The notes under the pieces: generated by a model | Told to the model about the DNA's origin: nothing | Seen by the model: only the letters and a program-made list of their open reading frames with translations | The model's database searches: none | Origin: the human T2T-CHM13v2.0 reference genome, Homo sapiens | Reading direction: 5' to 3' (one strand) | DNA length: 64,000 nt | Assembly: GCF_009914755.1 (NCBI RefSeq) | Contig: NC_060934.1 | Program-made: the position numbers and the translations under genes | In this document: piece after piece, positions 31,025 through 46,463 of the stretch | How the letters are laid out: the number at the start of each line of letters is the position of its first letter | How positions within the stretch are numbered: the stretch's first letter is position 1

Positions 31025-34000
31025 CTACCCTTGGGCAAAGTGGGGATGATAGTCACCTCCCTAGCAGAACTGCCATAAGGATTCAATGAAATGACACTGA
31101 TCAAGCTCTTAGCACAGCGCCTAGCACATGGTGGAGGTACTGCTTCTGCTATTGGCCATTTTTACTGTCATTTTTATCATCACCATTCCCATTATTATTC
31201 GTGACAGAGCCAAGCAGCTCTGTAGGGACCCAGTGAGCCTCAGGAGTGCCAAGCCCCAGAACTGCACAGGCTTTTCCCACAGTTGCATCACAAGGGCAAG
31301 TCTGTTACTCGGGAGAGCTCCCAGGAGCTGCCCCATCTTAGCTGTCTATCTCCAGTGTCCTGTTGATAAGATCTGTTAACATTCTCAGCTCCAGGTCTGA
31401 AATATACAAAGAACAGGGCCTGTTTGTTCAATCCAACCTTCTAAGGTTTAACTCCCAAAGGAAATTAAATTAGGTGCCTGGAGCTATGACAGTCTGTCGT
31501 GTTTCTTTGCAGAGAATGTCACCTTTAATATCATGTAGATCTCATGTATAATTTTTCCCCTTTAATTCTTTTAAAATAACGTGAAGTTTCCAGCGGGAAC
31601 CAGCAAATCACCAAAAGCAAAAATGGAGGAGCAGCTAGGGTTTGTCCTCATTTTTGATCTGGCCATCCCCTCCCCCAACCGAGTCCAAAATAAGTCCACA
31701 CACAGATGGTGCCGCGCATGGTCGTTGCTCTACTAAAAGCCACCATAACTCACCCTCTCCTTAGCACCAGTTCCAGACCTTTGTCAGGGGAACCAGCTTA
31801 GAATTGAACTCAGTGTTGGTGGCATTACGTTTCCTTGAAGAATAACTCTGGCGTCTCACTGGGTGGCCACAGCCTCTGTGAACCCTTGCCCCTCTTCCTG
31901 TCCTCCCTCCACCCCATCTCACCCCCAGCACTTGTTATAGTCCCACATCTATTTACTGATCTGGCAGAAAGCCCCTCCCTCCAAGTTATTTGTGAGTTAG
32001 AAATTAGCCCAGCCCGGCCCAGACTGGAGCCATTGTAATATAATTGGGTTTTAGGTATGCTTGTGTTTGTGCTAGCATTTGCAGAGATGGCAACGAGCCC
32101 CGGAAATGCCAAAAATATGAATGTAACTTTTGTATTGCTTGAGCAGACTGGTGATAACTGGTGGGGAAACTGAACTTTTGGGGAGGACACCCCTGGGATA
32201 AGAGAGTAGGAGGAGCAAGGGCTTAGGCTGTGAGAGGGAGTACGTGTATGGCTGGAGTCTGTGGGCAGAGTCGGCCAGTCCCACTTTGGGGAATTAGGAA
32301 GAACTGTAGGGGTGCACCTCCCCGAACTTTGCCAACTTTGCCTCTCCTGCTCTGTCTCTAAGCCTTGTCTCTGTCCTTGGTCGGGGCCCTAGCTCCTAGA
32401 ACAGAGAGTTTGGTGAGGAGACGTGGACCAGTGGTCAGAGTTATTTTGTTCCTGCTATGGGCTTGGAGCCTGGGAAGGCTGGGTCTCTTGTCTCCTTGCC
32501 AGCCAAAAGAGGGTGCTTGTCCTGGTGGGAAATGAGCTGCCTTCATGCCTGTGTCCCTGGAAGGATGAATGGATGAGTTAGTGTCCTGGGGGTGAGAGTT
32601 CAGCATTCGGGAGCAGTACTCCAGGCACTAAATTGAGAGTCCAGACATGATCAGGATATGGTCTTAGCCACTCACAAGCCGTGTGACACTGAGCAAATTA
32701 CATAACCTGCCTGTGCCTGTTTCCTCCACTGTAAGGAGACATGGAGATGAGCAGTTAGCATGCCCGGTATGATGGCGGCTTTTCTGCTCACTTGGGGGTA
32801 GTGTTCTTATTTCTCACTCCCTCCTCCACCCCGTCCACTTCTTGCTTTAGAGACCTCCGTCCTGTGAGCTCCCGAGCCGTCCTGTGTGCTCACCTTCCTG
32901 TGTGCACTCCTTCCTTGTTATCTCACAGCGTGGAAACTTTTGTTCTTGGCAGCTGACAATTCCCAGGGGAAACCTGGTGGGTATTTTTTCAAGTTCTCAA
33001 TTCTCCTCCTCACAGGGAGGGTTTCCCCTCAGAGGAGCCCCTCACCTGGATCTTCACCCCATTATCTTTCTTCCTTTGTGCCCTACCTGGGTGCTCAAGG
33101 TGTACGGGAGAAGACAGGTAGAGCTGTGGCCTGGGGGTACAGAAGGGTCTGCAGTGGAGGGAGGCTGGGAGGCCCTGGGGACAAGGACAGGGAGGGGGAG
33201 GGGTGAAGGAAGGGGTCACAGTTGGAAGAGGAAAGACACCCTCACCCAGGGCGTGGTGGGGTGCAGACCTGGGATCAGCTTGGCCTGGCTCTGCCTAGCA
33301 GCCTGACGAGAGGGGTGGGTGGGGAAGAATGGCCCAGCAGATTGAGGAAGGCCGGTTTTAGAGGGCCTGAGAGCCCTTGGACGTTGGTATTGGCTGTGAA
33401 AACTTCTTTAGCGGATGAAGTTGGTGTTTGTGCCAGCCAAATAGTGGGGCCAGACTCAGCATCAAAGCGAGAGGCAATGAGGTGTCAGACTAGAACAGCA
33501 ACGTGGAATGCTGGGAGGTGACCTAGAGAAGAGGAACCTCAAAGAAGGCTGGAGGAACTCAGTGGCTGATCGAGCACAGCAGGTCAGGGGCATGGGAGCT
33601 TCCAGCCTGGGAGGATGTGGCTACTGTGAATGGGAATGGAAGTTGGGAGTCCCTTTGTCATCTGTAAAATGAGACGTTGGTCCACAATCTCCAGATTCTC
33701 CAGCTCAGACATTCTTGGATGTACCTTCCAGGGCACTTCCAGATTCCAGATAGGGCTTGTATTCCAAATCCAAACAGTTTCCTTTTGTCCTTCTACGGTG
33801 AGGGGCAGAGGGGGACACTAGAGCCTGACTGGGCAGCAGCTTTAATTTAATTTTTTTTCCTTTTAATTTTTCTTTTCTGTTCCTTTTTCTTCCTGAGATT
33901 CCTTTTTACCGGCCCCACCAGTGTTCATCTCCCTTCTGGGAGCAGCATTCCCAGCTCTCCCAGTGTCCTCCCTCCCCTCCCCATTGTCCCCTGACCCCTT

Positions 34001-34214
34001 TCCTTCTATGCCTCAGTCTGATATTGCAGGGAGGTGAGGGTGTGGGGGGAATGACAGCTGGGGACAGGCCTCAAACACTTCCCTGTGTCCCTTGAACAGA
34101 TCACAGTGAGCTCATCTCTCCTCCATGGTCAGAAGAGAGGTATAACGCTTGGTGGTTGGCAAAAAGATCATACATTTAAAAATAATAATAAAAGCCTGCC
34201 TTGTGCCTTCACAG

Positions 34215-34283
34215 ATTCTGTTGACCGAAGAGTTTGTAGAGAAAATGTTGGAGGATTTAGAAGATTTGACTTCTCCAGAGGAA
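34215..34283 (+). CDS. SUFU: SUFU exon 11 (ILLTEEFVEKMLEDLEDLTSPEE)
   Basis: ttcacag|ATT ... GAA|gtaagc; 69 nt, phase 0-0. Confidence 0.97.
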
Positions 34284-35897
34284 GTAAGCTTGTTTGACTT
34301 TCCCTGACAACAGGTCCCGTCTCTGGGACCATGTGTGTGCGTGCGTGTGCACGTCTGTGCATGCATGTGTGCGTGTGTACCTGTGGTGCGTGTGTGCTTG
34401 CATGTATCTGTGTGGCTGCATCTGTGGGCTCCTCCCCAAGGTGCAGGGATAGGCTGGAGAGGAGACTGTAGATTTCTCTTCTGTTTCTATGCACCCTCAC
34501 CATCCCCTGCCCTACCCCCAGCCCTTGTAAGGACACCCAGCAAATCGTCTGAATTGCCAGCTCCTGAGAGCCTCATTGAAGAGGAAGCCAGGGCCTTCAG
34601 GCTAGTACGAGTTCTCCCCAGCCCCTGCTGTTCCCTGGCAGATTCTGAACAGAACGCCCATGTCTGTTGCCAGAGAACATTCCGCTGGGGAGTTCTGGTG
34701 GGCAGCAAGGGACTCCTGCTCTCGCCTCGGGCCACCCAGGAGCCACTCTCCCTTCTTCGTCCTCCAGCCATGAGCTGTGCCTCTTAGTCTCCCTCTTCCA
34801 GCCCTGGCTCAGAGCTGGAGGAGCTGGCAGGCCAGCTGTGGCTGTGCCTTCTTTAGCTGCTCCTCTGGGGTAGAGGAATGGAGTCCATAATCCCCTTTGT
34901 TTTTTCTCCCTTGTTCCCGGCATCCTTATTTGCGAGGGCTTACCTCATCCTGGAAAATCCCTTCCCCTCCCCCGCTCCTGCCCGCAGCACCCCAGTGGGA
35001 TGGGAGCTTTCCTGGCCCCAGTGCCCCATGGGTTAGTGAACTCTAGCAGGCTGGCCGGGCCTCTGGAGAGCTCTCCTGGGCCCTGCCCTGCCTGTGGCAG
35101 AGGCAGACCCTTCCCTTGTCCTGTCTGCCAGGAAATGTGCTTGGGGGAGAACTCCTTCGCCTCCCAGGGGCCAGGCTTTCTACCAAGAGGGAGGCCAGGC
35201 GGGAGCTAGGTTCCAGCCAGGGCTGGAGCTTCCAGCTTCCAGGGCTCCCTGGGCTGCAACAGCCAGGACACAGGCCTCTGGTGTTTAGGAAGCTGAGGGG
35301 AGTGCACAGGGCGGGACCGTCCAGTCCAGGTCTCCAGTTGGACAGGAACTCCCCAGAGCCAGGGTCACCTCAATAGAGCAGGGTCTCCTCTGTCCTCTGG
35401 GATGCAGCTTGAGAAATTTGTTCATTTATATATTCCAAAGCCATCAAGCACCCAGTCCATGCCAGCCAATCAACCCCCACAAGTCACTGGTCCCTGAGTC
35501 CCAGCTCCCCATTCAGTCAGACCAGAGCCAGCTGCCCAGAAGCGCTTCCGGAGAGGCCTTGTCGCACTGGGATGGCGCTGTGCCAGGCTGCTGCTTTGAG
35601 CTTGGGGGTAGGAGGGGGACAGTCCAGGCAAGAGGGACAGAAGCCTGGGGGAGCAGAGGAAAGTAGGTCACTAAAAATGACTTTTTTCTTTTTTTCCTTT
35701 TCTGTCCAGAGGCTGTCCCTACACCCTGCCTCACTCGCCACTTTGGTCCTGGCAGAGACAGTCCCCCAGCAGAGGGAGCGAAGAGGGAGGCAGCCAGGAA
35801 GGGTCAGGCTCGTCTGCCTCCAGCCCCAGACCGAGGCAGGCTGAGAACACTGTTCTCTCCTTTCCACCCTGCCCTGACTTCCGGCCTAGCCAAATTA

Positions 35898-36238
<341 letters not shown>

Positions 36239-37105
36239 TCAGTCCCAGGCAGTGAGCATTTATTGAGCTCCATCTGTGTGCCAGACTGCATGCAAAGTTC
36301 TACAGTAAAGAGGGAATAAGAGGCATCAGCCTCTTCCCCTTCCCCTACCAGAAACTCCCAGGTGAATGGGAGAAACAGAACTGTAGGCAAATCAGTGTAT
36401 CCTGGGATGGGGTGGGAGACATTTGGCTCTCCTTGGCCACCACTGGGACCACTCTGAGGCTGGTAACCCTGGGAAGTGGTGCGAATGAATACAGGGAGCA
36501 GGGTGGGGATTGGCCCCTCTCAGGCCCAAGGGATCACCTCAAACCACACTTGTCCCACTCTTCTGCTCCCACCAAGGCCGCAAGTGTGGTTCTGACTTTG
36601 GGGCCGAACTGGGGCCTCCTTCCCTTTGGAGCCTTTGGCCAAGTATACAGAGGACAGGTTCCAGGGTTCTTCCTGCACTAGCCTCTGAAAGAGAGGCCAT
36701 GGCAGTGACAGAGCTCAGGCCACTTCCCCATAGCCTCCAGACCCTCCCCCAGCCCCCATCCTCCAGCCCCAGGGCCTCAGGGAGCAGATTCTTTACATGC
36801 CTGTGGCCAGAGGCAGAACCAAGGAAGTGAGCAAGAGGGAGGTCAGCTTAGTGGAGAAAGGAGGAGAAAACGCCCTCCTCCAACCTGCCTCATTATTGAC
36901 AGGCCGTGGGGAAAGAAGGGGTCACCAACTCCAGCCGTTTGAGCCCAGCCTGCCACCTGGGTCTAGCATTTGAGAATGAAGCCACGCCTCCCGCGGCCTG
37001 TCCTATCCCTAGCTCCCCGGGGACAGGCCTGGGCAATCTCTGGAAAGACCACGGTGTATTCTGCTAACCACTCACACTCCTGGTCTGTGCTTGCTCCCTC
37101 CACAG

Positions 37106-37195
37106 TTCAAACTTCCCAAAGAGTACAGCTGGCCTGAAAAGAAGCTGAAGGTCTCCATCCTGCCTGACGTGGTGTTCGACAGTCCGCTACACTAG
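37106..37195 (+). CDS. SUFU: SUFU exon 12 coding part (FKLPKEYSWPEKKLKVSILPDVVFDSPLH*)
   Basis: ccacag|TTC ... CAC TAG (37193-37195). Confidence 0.97.
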   Translation, partial: FKLPKEYSWPEKKLKVSILPDVVFDSPLH

Positions 37196-37284
37196 CCTGG
37201 GCTGGGCCCTGCAGGGGCCAGCAGGGAGCCCAGCTGCTCCCCAGTGACTTCCAGTGTAACAGTTGTGTCAACGAGATCTCCACA

Positions 37285-37290
37285 AATAAA
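37285..37290 (+). terminator. Proximal polyA signal AATAAA
   Basis: Canonical hexamer 90 nt after the stop; TGTA ~30 nt upstream. Confidence 0.55.
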
Positions 37291-40200
37291 AGGACAAGTG
37301 TGAGGAAGACTGCGCAGTGCCACCCCGCAGCCCAGTGGGGTGCCATGCACAGGCCACAGGCCCTCCACCTCACCTCCAGCTCAGGGGCCGCACCCCGCCG
37401 CTGGCTAAGCCTTGTGACCCATCAGGCCAGTGAGTGGGCAAATGCGGACCCTCCCTGCCTGCAGCCTGCACAGATTCTGGTTTGAGGTTTGACTCTGGAC
37501 CCTGGCTGTGCCCCTAGGTGGAGACAGCCCTCTTTCTCACCTACCCCCTGCCGCACAGCCCAGCAGGAGGGAGGCGGACAGCCAGATGCAGAGCGAGTGG
37601 ATGCACTTCCCAGCTCATCTCTGGAAGCCTTTGCTACTCAAGCTCCTCTGGCCGCGGAACAATTCCTCTGATCATGTTTGGTTTTCTTCTTCCTTATTTT
37701 ATTTTGTAGAAACCGGGTGGTATTTTATTGCTCTGCAAAGATGTCCAGAAGCCATGTATATAATGTTTTTTAAACAGAACTTCATTCCCCGTTGAACTTT
37801 CGCATTCTCTGACAGAGGCCTAGGGCTGTATCTCTCCCTGGGCTGCCACCAGAGAAGGTGCTTGGTGTTCGCCTGCCAGCCCAGAGCCCTGGAGGAGCCG
37901 GCTGCACAGAGAGGCTTTTCTTCCCAGCTGGGCCTGGTGGAGCCCGGGGCAGGGGGAGAGTAGAGACACTCCCTTGTGCAGCTTTGAGCCTAGTTTAGCT
38001 GGGGCCAGGGAGGGGTGCTACTGTTTTCCAAGTGAATGGGTCTCAAAGACTTGGTGACCCCAGCCTCATCTTCTAGGCCTTTTCCACCCAACCAGGCCTA
38101 CCTGGGAGAGGGTGAGGTTCAGCACATCACACACCATCCCCACTGTCATTCAGGGCCTGGGTCTCCAGCTCTGTAACCAGTCCTGTCCCATTTCCTCAGT
38201 CCCTGGGCCTCCCAGCCTTCAGGCTGTAGGGCTGCCTTACTAAAATTGAAAAATCCACCTCTTAACATCTCTTTCACTTTGGTTTTGCTAACACTGCTCT
38301 CTGCTGCCCTCCCATCCTCCCTGTATCCATTCATGCCCTATCTTTCATTCTCCACTCCTAATCCCTCTCCTTTCTGGCATCCTGGCCTCTCGTGGTCCTC
38401 AGCCCCTCACCCCCAGTACTGCAGATCTCACAGTTTGCCTTCCAGAAGCCAGCCTATCTCTAGCCCATGGTTTTGGAGTTCCTCTCGGGTTATCTCCCAC
38501 GCCTGACCTGGAACCAGCAAGCCCCTTTCCTGCCTTCTTACCCCCAACTCTAGGGATGGGACTGTTACAATACTTCAAGATCACTCTTTACACCTCTTCA
38601 AAGCAAAGTCATGACAATGCAGGGCTCCTCATTGCTCCCATCTGCCTCTGCTGCACACACAGGCACCAGCAGGGATGCCACAGGAGTGCCCACAGGGTGC
38701 AGGACTCCACTGATGAGAGATCCAGCCAAAGAGCTGCCCCCAGGGGTATGAGGGCACCAGCTGGGTTCTCCAGGGAGCAGGAGTTGGACCTCCATGGAGC
38801 CACTAGGCCTGGCCTCCTCTACACATCCCCAGGGCTATCTGGTTAATTCCATCAAGCTCAGAGTTAAAAGGCATATCAGCCTGGAGTATTTGGGAGAGAC
38901 TGGCTGCAGATCCCCGCCAGCCAAGATGCAAGCCACTCGGGACCTGATGTCGGCAGCTGTGCCTCTACTGCCCTGAGGACTTACCAGAGGGAGCCCTACT
39001 GGCCTTCCCCCACCACAGCAGCCCTGCCTGTGAAGCTCTTGTTTCTGACATTTCACAGGCAGAGAGGTGCCATCAGTTCGCCTCCATTCCTTGCCACCAT
39101 GACCAGCCTCTCCCTGAACTCTCTCTTGCTCGGGACCTGCCTGAGGGCTCCCTGCTGCAGTTCGCCGTACTTCCATCTGCTGGGTGCCTCCATCGTTGGT
39201 TGGGTGGGGATGGGGCATTTTCTGAGCTAAGCTTTGTCATTAGTTTGTGAAGCACCTGGTCAGCAACCTGCCCCAGACCTGGAGGGTCTTTGTGGACTGA
39301 AGGTAGACACCAGCCAGCATGGTGGCCCTGTTCTGGGGGAGCAGGGTAAGGCAGGAGGAAGTGGGTGAGCTCCGAGATGATGAGCACATGAAGCCTGTGG
39401 CCCCTTCGTACCTGCAATATGTCAGGAGCCTCACGCTCACCCAAGATCCTGCAGGGGCCAGGCTCCATCTCACTGGCTCTGAGGGCAGGACAGGGTATCA
39501 CACATTTCTCACCAGGCCTCCTTTCCTATGGGCATTGGTGCCTCCCAGAGGTTTCTTGGGCTGCTGGCTGGTGAGAGAGGACCCTTAAAGAAGATCAAGC
39601 CAAGCTGACCTTGGACCCTGTCCAGCACAGCTTCTGGCACAGGATGCTTGGTGAATGTACCCTTTCTTTCCCTCCCTGCAGCTCTGAGGGAGCCCCTGAC
39701 CTTGTAGTGGGTGGAGGAGGTAAGGGGCCTCCCTCCCTAAATCTGCCTCTTCTGCAAGCTACTTGGAGACTTGCCTAGTTGTACCCACCCCTCCAGGTCC
39801 CTGGTGCTAGAGCTTCTGAGAAGGGCCTTTCCCTTTCCTCTTTGCCTGCTATATAAGGCAGGCTCCTGTGGCTCTGCTGGCTCAGTGTGGGCTGCAGGAG
39901 GACTGCAGACTCAGCTGCAATTCTGAGGGGGGTTTGGGAGGCTTGTGCGAGGTCTCAGGCCTGTGTGGGGAGCTGGTGCCTCTTCCTGCCCGTATCTTTC
40001 TCTTCCAAGGGCAGTGCTCCAAGGCAGGGACTGGAGAAGCCAAGGGGAGAGTCTAAAAGGGCTAGAGCATTTTTAAAAATAGACACAGGGTCTTGGGACT
40101 GGGGTTTCGGATTGAGTTGCAAGCAGGGAGAAAACCTGAAGGTCGGTGCCCCTATGGGGCTGACCAGTAGAGAATTTCCTTTACTGTATTTTTGTGTCTG

Positions 40201-40475
40201 GTCTTCCCTTTCTGGCTTCTAGGACATCCATGCCAGGTGAGGTGCCTGGGTCCCTGTTACAAGTCAGGAGCCCTGTAGGGAGACCCCTCCTTTTGTACAA
40301 GTACCTGAATGCTGCGACAAGCAGATTTTTGTAAAATTTTATATTAGTTTTTAATGTCAGTGGCGACTCGGTTCCTGGGGCTGCAGCCAGCCTGGGACTT
40401 TTGTAAGAATTTTTGGGTGACTCACTTAGATGTCGTTTCCTTCTTGCCCCCTCTTCCTCTCTGTAATCTAAGTGC

Positions 40476-40481
40476 ATTAAA
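40476..40481 (+). terminator. Distal polyA signal ATTAAA of SUFU
   Basis: Several TTTTGTA motifs upstream; gggttgtgtgctcatttct downstream. Confidence 0.8.
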
Positions 40482-43162
40482 CATCTTTGCAGAAGTGCCT
40501 GGGTTGTGTGCTCATTTCTGGCTGCCTGAAGTAGTGGAGCCGGAAGCCCGGGGCCCTGGCAGAGGGAGTGGGTTGTTGTTAGCCACTTAGAAGCCAGGAT
40601 GGAGGGAGGCCCCCAGGATTGTTGTCGAGAGTGGAGGAGGTGCCAGAGAGTGGGATCACACAGCTGGTGGCTCTTCAGTCTTGAAGAAATGACCTTGCAA
40701 GGACAGGCTCTCCCTCACTGGTCCTGAATTCCTCTAAGGTCAAGGGGGTGGGAGCGAGGAGCAGTCTGGGGAGATGAGGCGGTGGGAAAAGACCCTCTCC
40801 CTGCCACTACATCCCTCTTCTATCCTCCTCTCACCAAAAACCCCTTTTGCCTTAGGAAGAGGGGCCCAGACAGGTGAGGAGGGCAGGCCCTCCTCATCTC
40901 CTTTGGAGTCCTTGCCCGGCTTCCAGCTCCTCTCACATGACATCTAAATTCCACCTCCTAATCCAGGGCCCAGGGGCAGGATCCAGATAGAAGGGCAATT
41001 CAGAACCGGTGGCACCCACTGGGTGACACAGAGGCCAGCCCACCCGCCCTAGCAACTCCACTGGGCCTGGCAGTGGAGGGAGGTATCAGGTATATCTTCC
41101 TTTCCTGGACTGCCCAGCTCCTGCCTCTCCAGGGCTGGGGGGCAGCAAAACAGCCCAACGCCCAGTGTGGGGAGGCACTGAGCTGGGGGAGAAGGCACTA
41201 GCCTGGCAGGCAGGATAAGGGCTGCGCCCAGACAGAGTTCTTGGAACCTGTGACCACCTGGGCCCTCACATATTCATTCCCTTCTGGTTTTCTATCCTGG
41301 ATAGTGGCAGGGGATTTGGCTGGGGCTGGGGGCTGGGGCGGAGGTCCTAGGACATCATAAGCAAGGGAGAGGGGGTGTCAGCTCCTATGAGGGGGTTCTT
41401 ATGTCCTGTCCCTTCTGTGAGACCTAGCCATGTGGGGGGCCTTTGCTGAGAGGTCCGCACTCCTTCCCCTGCAGCCTCTTACTGAACTCTCCAACGGAGC
41501 AGTGCAGCAGGTCCTGTCTGGGGCCCTCATGCCCTTTCCCTTTTCTCCCCGGAGACTGGGGGCTGGGGGAGGTATCCTCATCTGACTTTAGCCTACAAGG
41601 ACACAGTATCAGGGTGAAGTTCTTGCCCCAGAGAATGCAGAATAGCAAGATCCTCTGCTTAGGTGGTTCTGCAAGATACCAGGCTGACGCTGTTTCTGGA
41701 AAGAGAAGGACTCCTGGGCCTAGGGCAGAGACCCTAGCCCTAGAATTAGGGAGGAGAGAGATCTGCCATGCCATCTGTAATATCTCCTACAGAAAGTCAT
41801 GTGCCTTCCTCCCAGGTGTCTGCTTTGCCTCATCTGGGGGCCTTGGGGAGGGAGTCCCACAGGTTTCAGGGGGGCTGGGGAGCCTGAGAGGTTTGCCAAA
41901 CTGGCCTGACCAGAAGAAGAATGCAAACTACAAGTGACTCAACCCAGCCTGCCAGGCACGGAGGCAGCAGCAGGGTGCAAGGGGGTAGGTGGTGGGGAGG
42001 CCGGGGTGGGGTGATCTGCTGCGCAGGAGAAGGGGGAAGCCTGCAGGGGCAGGTCTGGATGTGGTCTGAGAGGGGCAGCCATCTCCAGGCCCCTTCCAGG
42101 GGACATGGTGGGACTGACCCGTTCCCTCCTTTCCTCCTTATTGCCAACAAGTCTGGGAGGTGAGGACACCATGAGGGAAGAAGCAGCTGACTGCTGGTGG
42201 GTGTCCATGGCTTGAATGAGCTTAACTCTCCAAGTAACTCGTAGGACGAGGGAAACTTTGAGGGGGTTATGATGAGAGTAGTGGTCTTACTGGGGCCAGA
42301 GAACTGGTCTTACTGGGGCAGAGACCCTCTTCCTTGTTTTTCCAATTTCACCCACACCCACCCCACACCCATTTCAGTACCACGAGAGCACTGCAAGGAC
42401 GGAGAATGGAGTTTTGAGTCTTAACCTTTACAAGACAGATGAAGGCCAACCATGCATTGTCCAGCCTCTACAATAACACTGTGGGAATGAACTAGAAAAC
42501 ATTCCGTTGTTCTTTCAACAAGTGTGTGCCAGGCACTCTGTAATATACTGGGACGCTGGACTCAGGCCCTGCCTTAAGAGGCTCAGAGTGTGGTGAGGGG
42601 AAATAGACGAGGAAACAGATACTTATGAGGAAGAACCATCAAAGAGGAAGGCAGTAAGCTGCTTCCTGTCCTACCCCAGCTCCACCACTTATCAGGGTGA
42701 CTTCAGACAGGTGCCTAACCCCATCTGCGGAGATTCAAAAAAACTCCCTGAAGAAGTGACATCTAAGCTAAAACCTAAAGGATGCTTAAGGATGAGTTGA
42801 GCAAAACAAGAGGAAACTTTACTTTCATAAGCTCTCCAGGCAGTCAAAAAAACAAGGGTAGAAGCCTTAAAACTGCTTGGGAACTAGAGTGCAAATTGCC
42901 TGGAGTATATGGTTTAAGGCATCAAACTTTCATTTTAGGATCATCTCCTTGTCTGCTGGATGGAGAATGTTTTGAAAGGGAGTAAGAGTGAAGGCAAGGT
43001 GACCAGTGATGCTTGGATTAGGGTAGAAGCAGTAGGGATGGAGAGAATGGGATTCATTTATTGATTCGACAAATATTTATTGGGGATCTACAATGTGCTA
43101 GGTCCCATTCTAGGCACCAGGGATACAGCATTAAAGAAAATACCTCCTTTGACAGATCTTAC

Positions 43163-43942
<780 letters not shown>

Positions 43943-44292
43943 TAAATAGAGAAGTCAGGGACGGCATCACAGCATAGGTGACATTTGAACAAAGGATAAG
44001 GATCTCAATTACTGGAAGAAGTGTGCCATAGGGCTATCTGGGGGAAGATGGGCCAGGGAAACTGAAGAGCACCTGCAAAGGATGAGGGAGTCAAGAATAA
44101 ACACACCGGGTGTCTTTGAGAAGCACCAAGGAAGCCAGTGTAGGTGCAGCAGAGTGGGAGAAGAGAAGGCTAGAAAATTATGCAGAGGCCAGACTGTGCA
44201 GGACCTCGGAGGGAATTCTAAAACTTTCACCTTTATTCTGGTTGAATTGAGAAGGCATTGGAAGATTCTGAGCAGAGGAGTGACATTTTCTG

Positions 44293-45999
44293 ATATATAT
44301 ATATATATAATATATATATTATATATTATATAACATATATTATATATAATATATATATTATATATTATATAACTATATATTATATATAATATATATATTA
44401 TATATTATATAACTATATATTATATATAATATATATATTATATATTATATAACTATATATTATATATAATATATATATTATATATTATATAACTATATAT
44501 TATATATAATATATATTATATATTATATAACTATATATTATATATAATATATATATTATATATTATATAACTATATATTATATATAATATATATATTATA
44601 TATAATATAACTATATATTATATATAATATATATATTATATATTATATAACTATATATTATATATAATATATATATTATATATTATATAACTATATATTA
44701 TATATAATATATATATTATATATTATATAACTATATATTATATATAATATATATATTATATATTATATAACTATATATTATATATAATATATATATTATA
44801 TATAATATAACTATATATTATATATAATATATATATTATATATAATATAACTATATATTATATATAATATATAATTATATATTATATAACTATATATTAT
44901 ATATAATATATAATTATATATTATATAACTATATATTATATATTATATAACTATATATTATATACGATTATAAAATATAATTATATATAATATATGATTA
45001 TAAAATATAATTATATATAATATATGATTATAAAATATAATTATATATTATATATGATTATAAAATATAATTATATATTATATATGATTATAAAATATAA
45101 TTATATATGATTATAAAATATAATTATATATGATTATAAAATATAATTATATATGATTATAAAATATAATTATATATGATTATAAAATATAATTATATAT
45201 GATTATAAAATATAATTATATATGATTATAAAATATAATTATATATGATTATAAAATATAATTATATATGATTATAAAATATAATTATATATGATTATAA
45301 AATATAATTATATATGATTATAAAATATAATTATATATGATTATAAAATATAATTATATATGATTATAAAATATAATTATATATATTATACATGAACATA
45401 TAAAATATATAATATACATGATCATATAAAATATATAATATACATGATCATATAAAATATATAATATACATGATCATATAAAATATATAATATATTATAC
45501 ATGATCATATAAAATATATAATATATTATACATGATCATATAAAATATATATTATACATGATCATATAAAATATATATTATACATGATCATATAAAATAT
45601 ATAATATATTATACATGATCATATAAAATATATAATATATTATACATGATCATATAAAATATATAATATACATGATCATATAAAATATATAATATAATAT
45701 ACATGATCATATAAAATATATAATATACATGATCATATAAAATATATATTATACATGATCATATAAAAATATATAATATATTATATATGATCATATATAA
45801 TATATAATATATTATATATGATCATATAAAATATATAATATATTATATATGATCATATAAAATATATAATATATTATATATGATCATATAAAATATATAA
45901 TATATTATATATGATCATATAAATATATAATATATTATATATGATCATATAAATATATAATATATTATATATGATCATATAAAATATATAATATATTAT
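44293..45999. repeat. Composite AT-rich minisatellite (40-bp, 30/23-bp and ~26-31-bp unit blocks)
   Basis: Periodicity read from the positions of the rare C and G bases. Confidence 0.97.
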
Positions 46000-46074
46000 C
46001 CCAAAGTGCTGGGATTATAGGCATGAGCCACCATGCCCAGCCATTCTGACTTATGTCTTTAAAAAACTGGCCGG

Positions 46075-46322
46075 GGCCTGGTGTGCTGGCTCACACCTGT
46101 AATCCCAGCACTCTGAGTCCAAGGTGGGCAGATCACTTGAGGCCAGGAGTTCGAAAACAGCTTGGCCAACATGGCAAAACCCAGTCTCTACTAAAGATAC
46201 AAAAATCAGCTGGGTGTGGTGGTGCACACCTGTAATCCCAGCTACTTGGGAGGCTGAGGCAGGAGAATCACTTGAACCCAGGAGACAGAGGTTACAATGA
46301 GCCAAGTTCGTGCCACAAAAAA
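46075..46322 (+). mobile_element. 3'-truncated Alu
   Basis: Forward consensus ending at gtgccacaaaaaa. Confidence 0.9.
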
Positions 46323-46463
46323 GATTACCCTGGCTACTACATTGAGAATTGACTCCAGGAGTTAAGGGCAGAAGCATGGAAACCAGTTAGGATACACTGA
46401 AATAATCTAGGCAAGAGATTATGGTGAAGTAATGGAGAGGTTAAGAAGTAGTCAAGATTTGCT

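Larger units (their letters stand above)
37196..40500 (+). other. SUFU: SUFU 3'UTR (~3.3 kb; end approximate)
   Basis: Alu-free stretch after the stop codon, ending at ATTAAA with upstream TGTA motifs and a downstream GU-rich tract. Confidence 0.8.

Noticed and set aside
44293-45999. CRISPR-like periodicity
   Set aside because: Head-to-tail units with no unique spacers, in a human context; also not called FRA10B, which I recall maps elsewhere (10q25)
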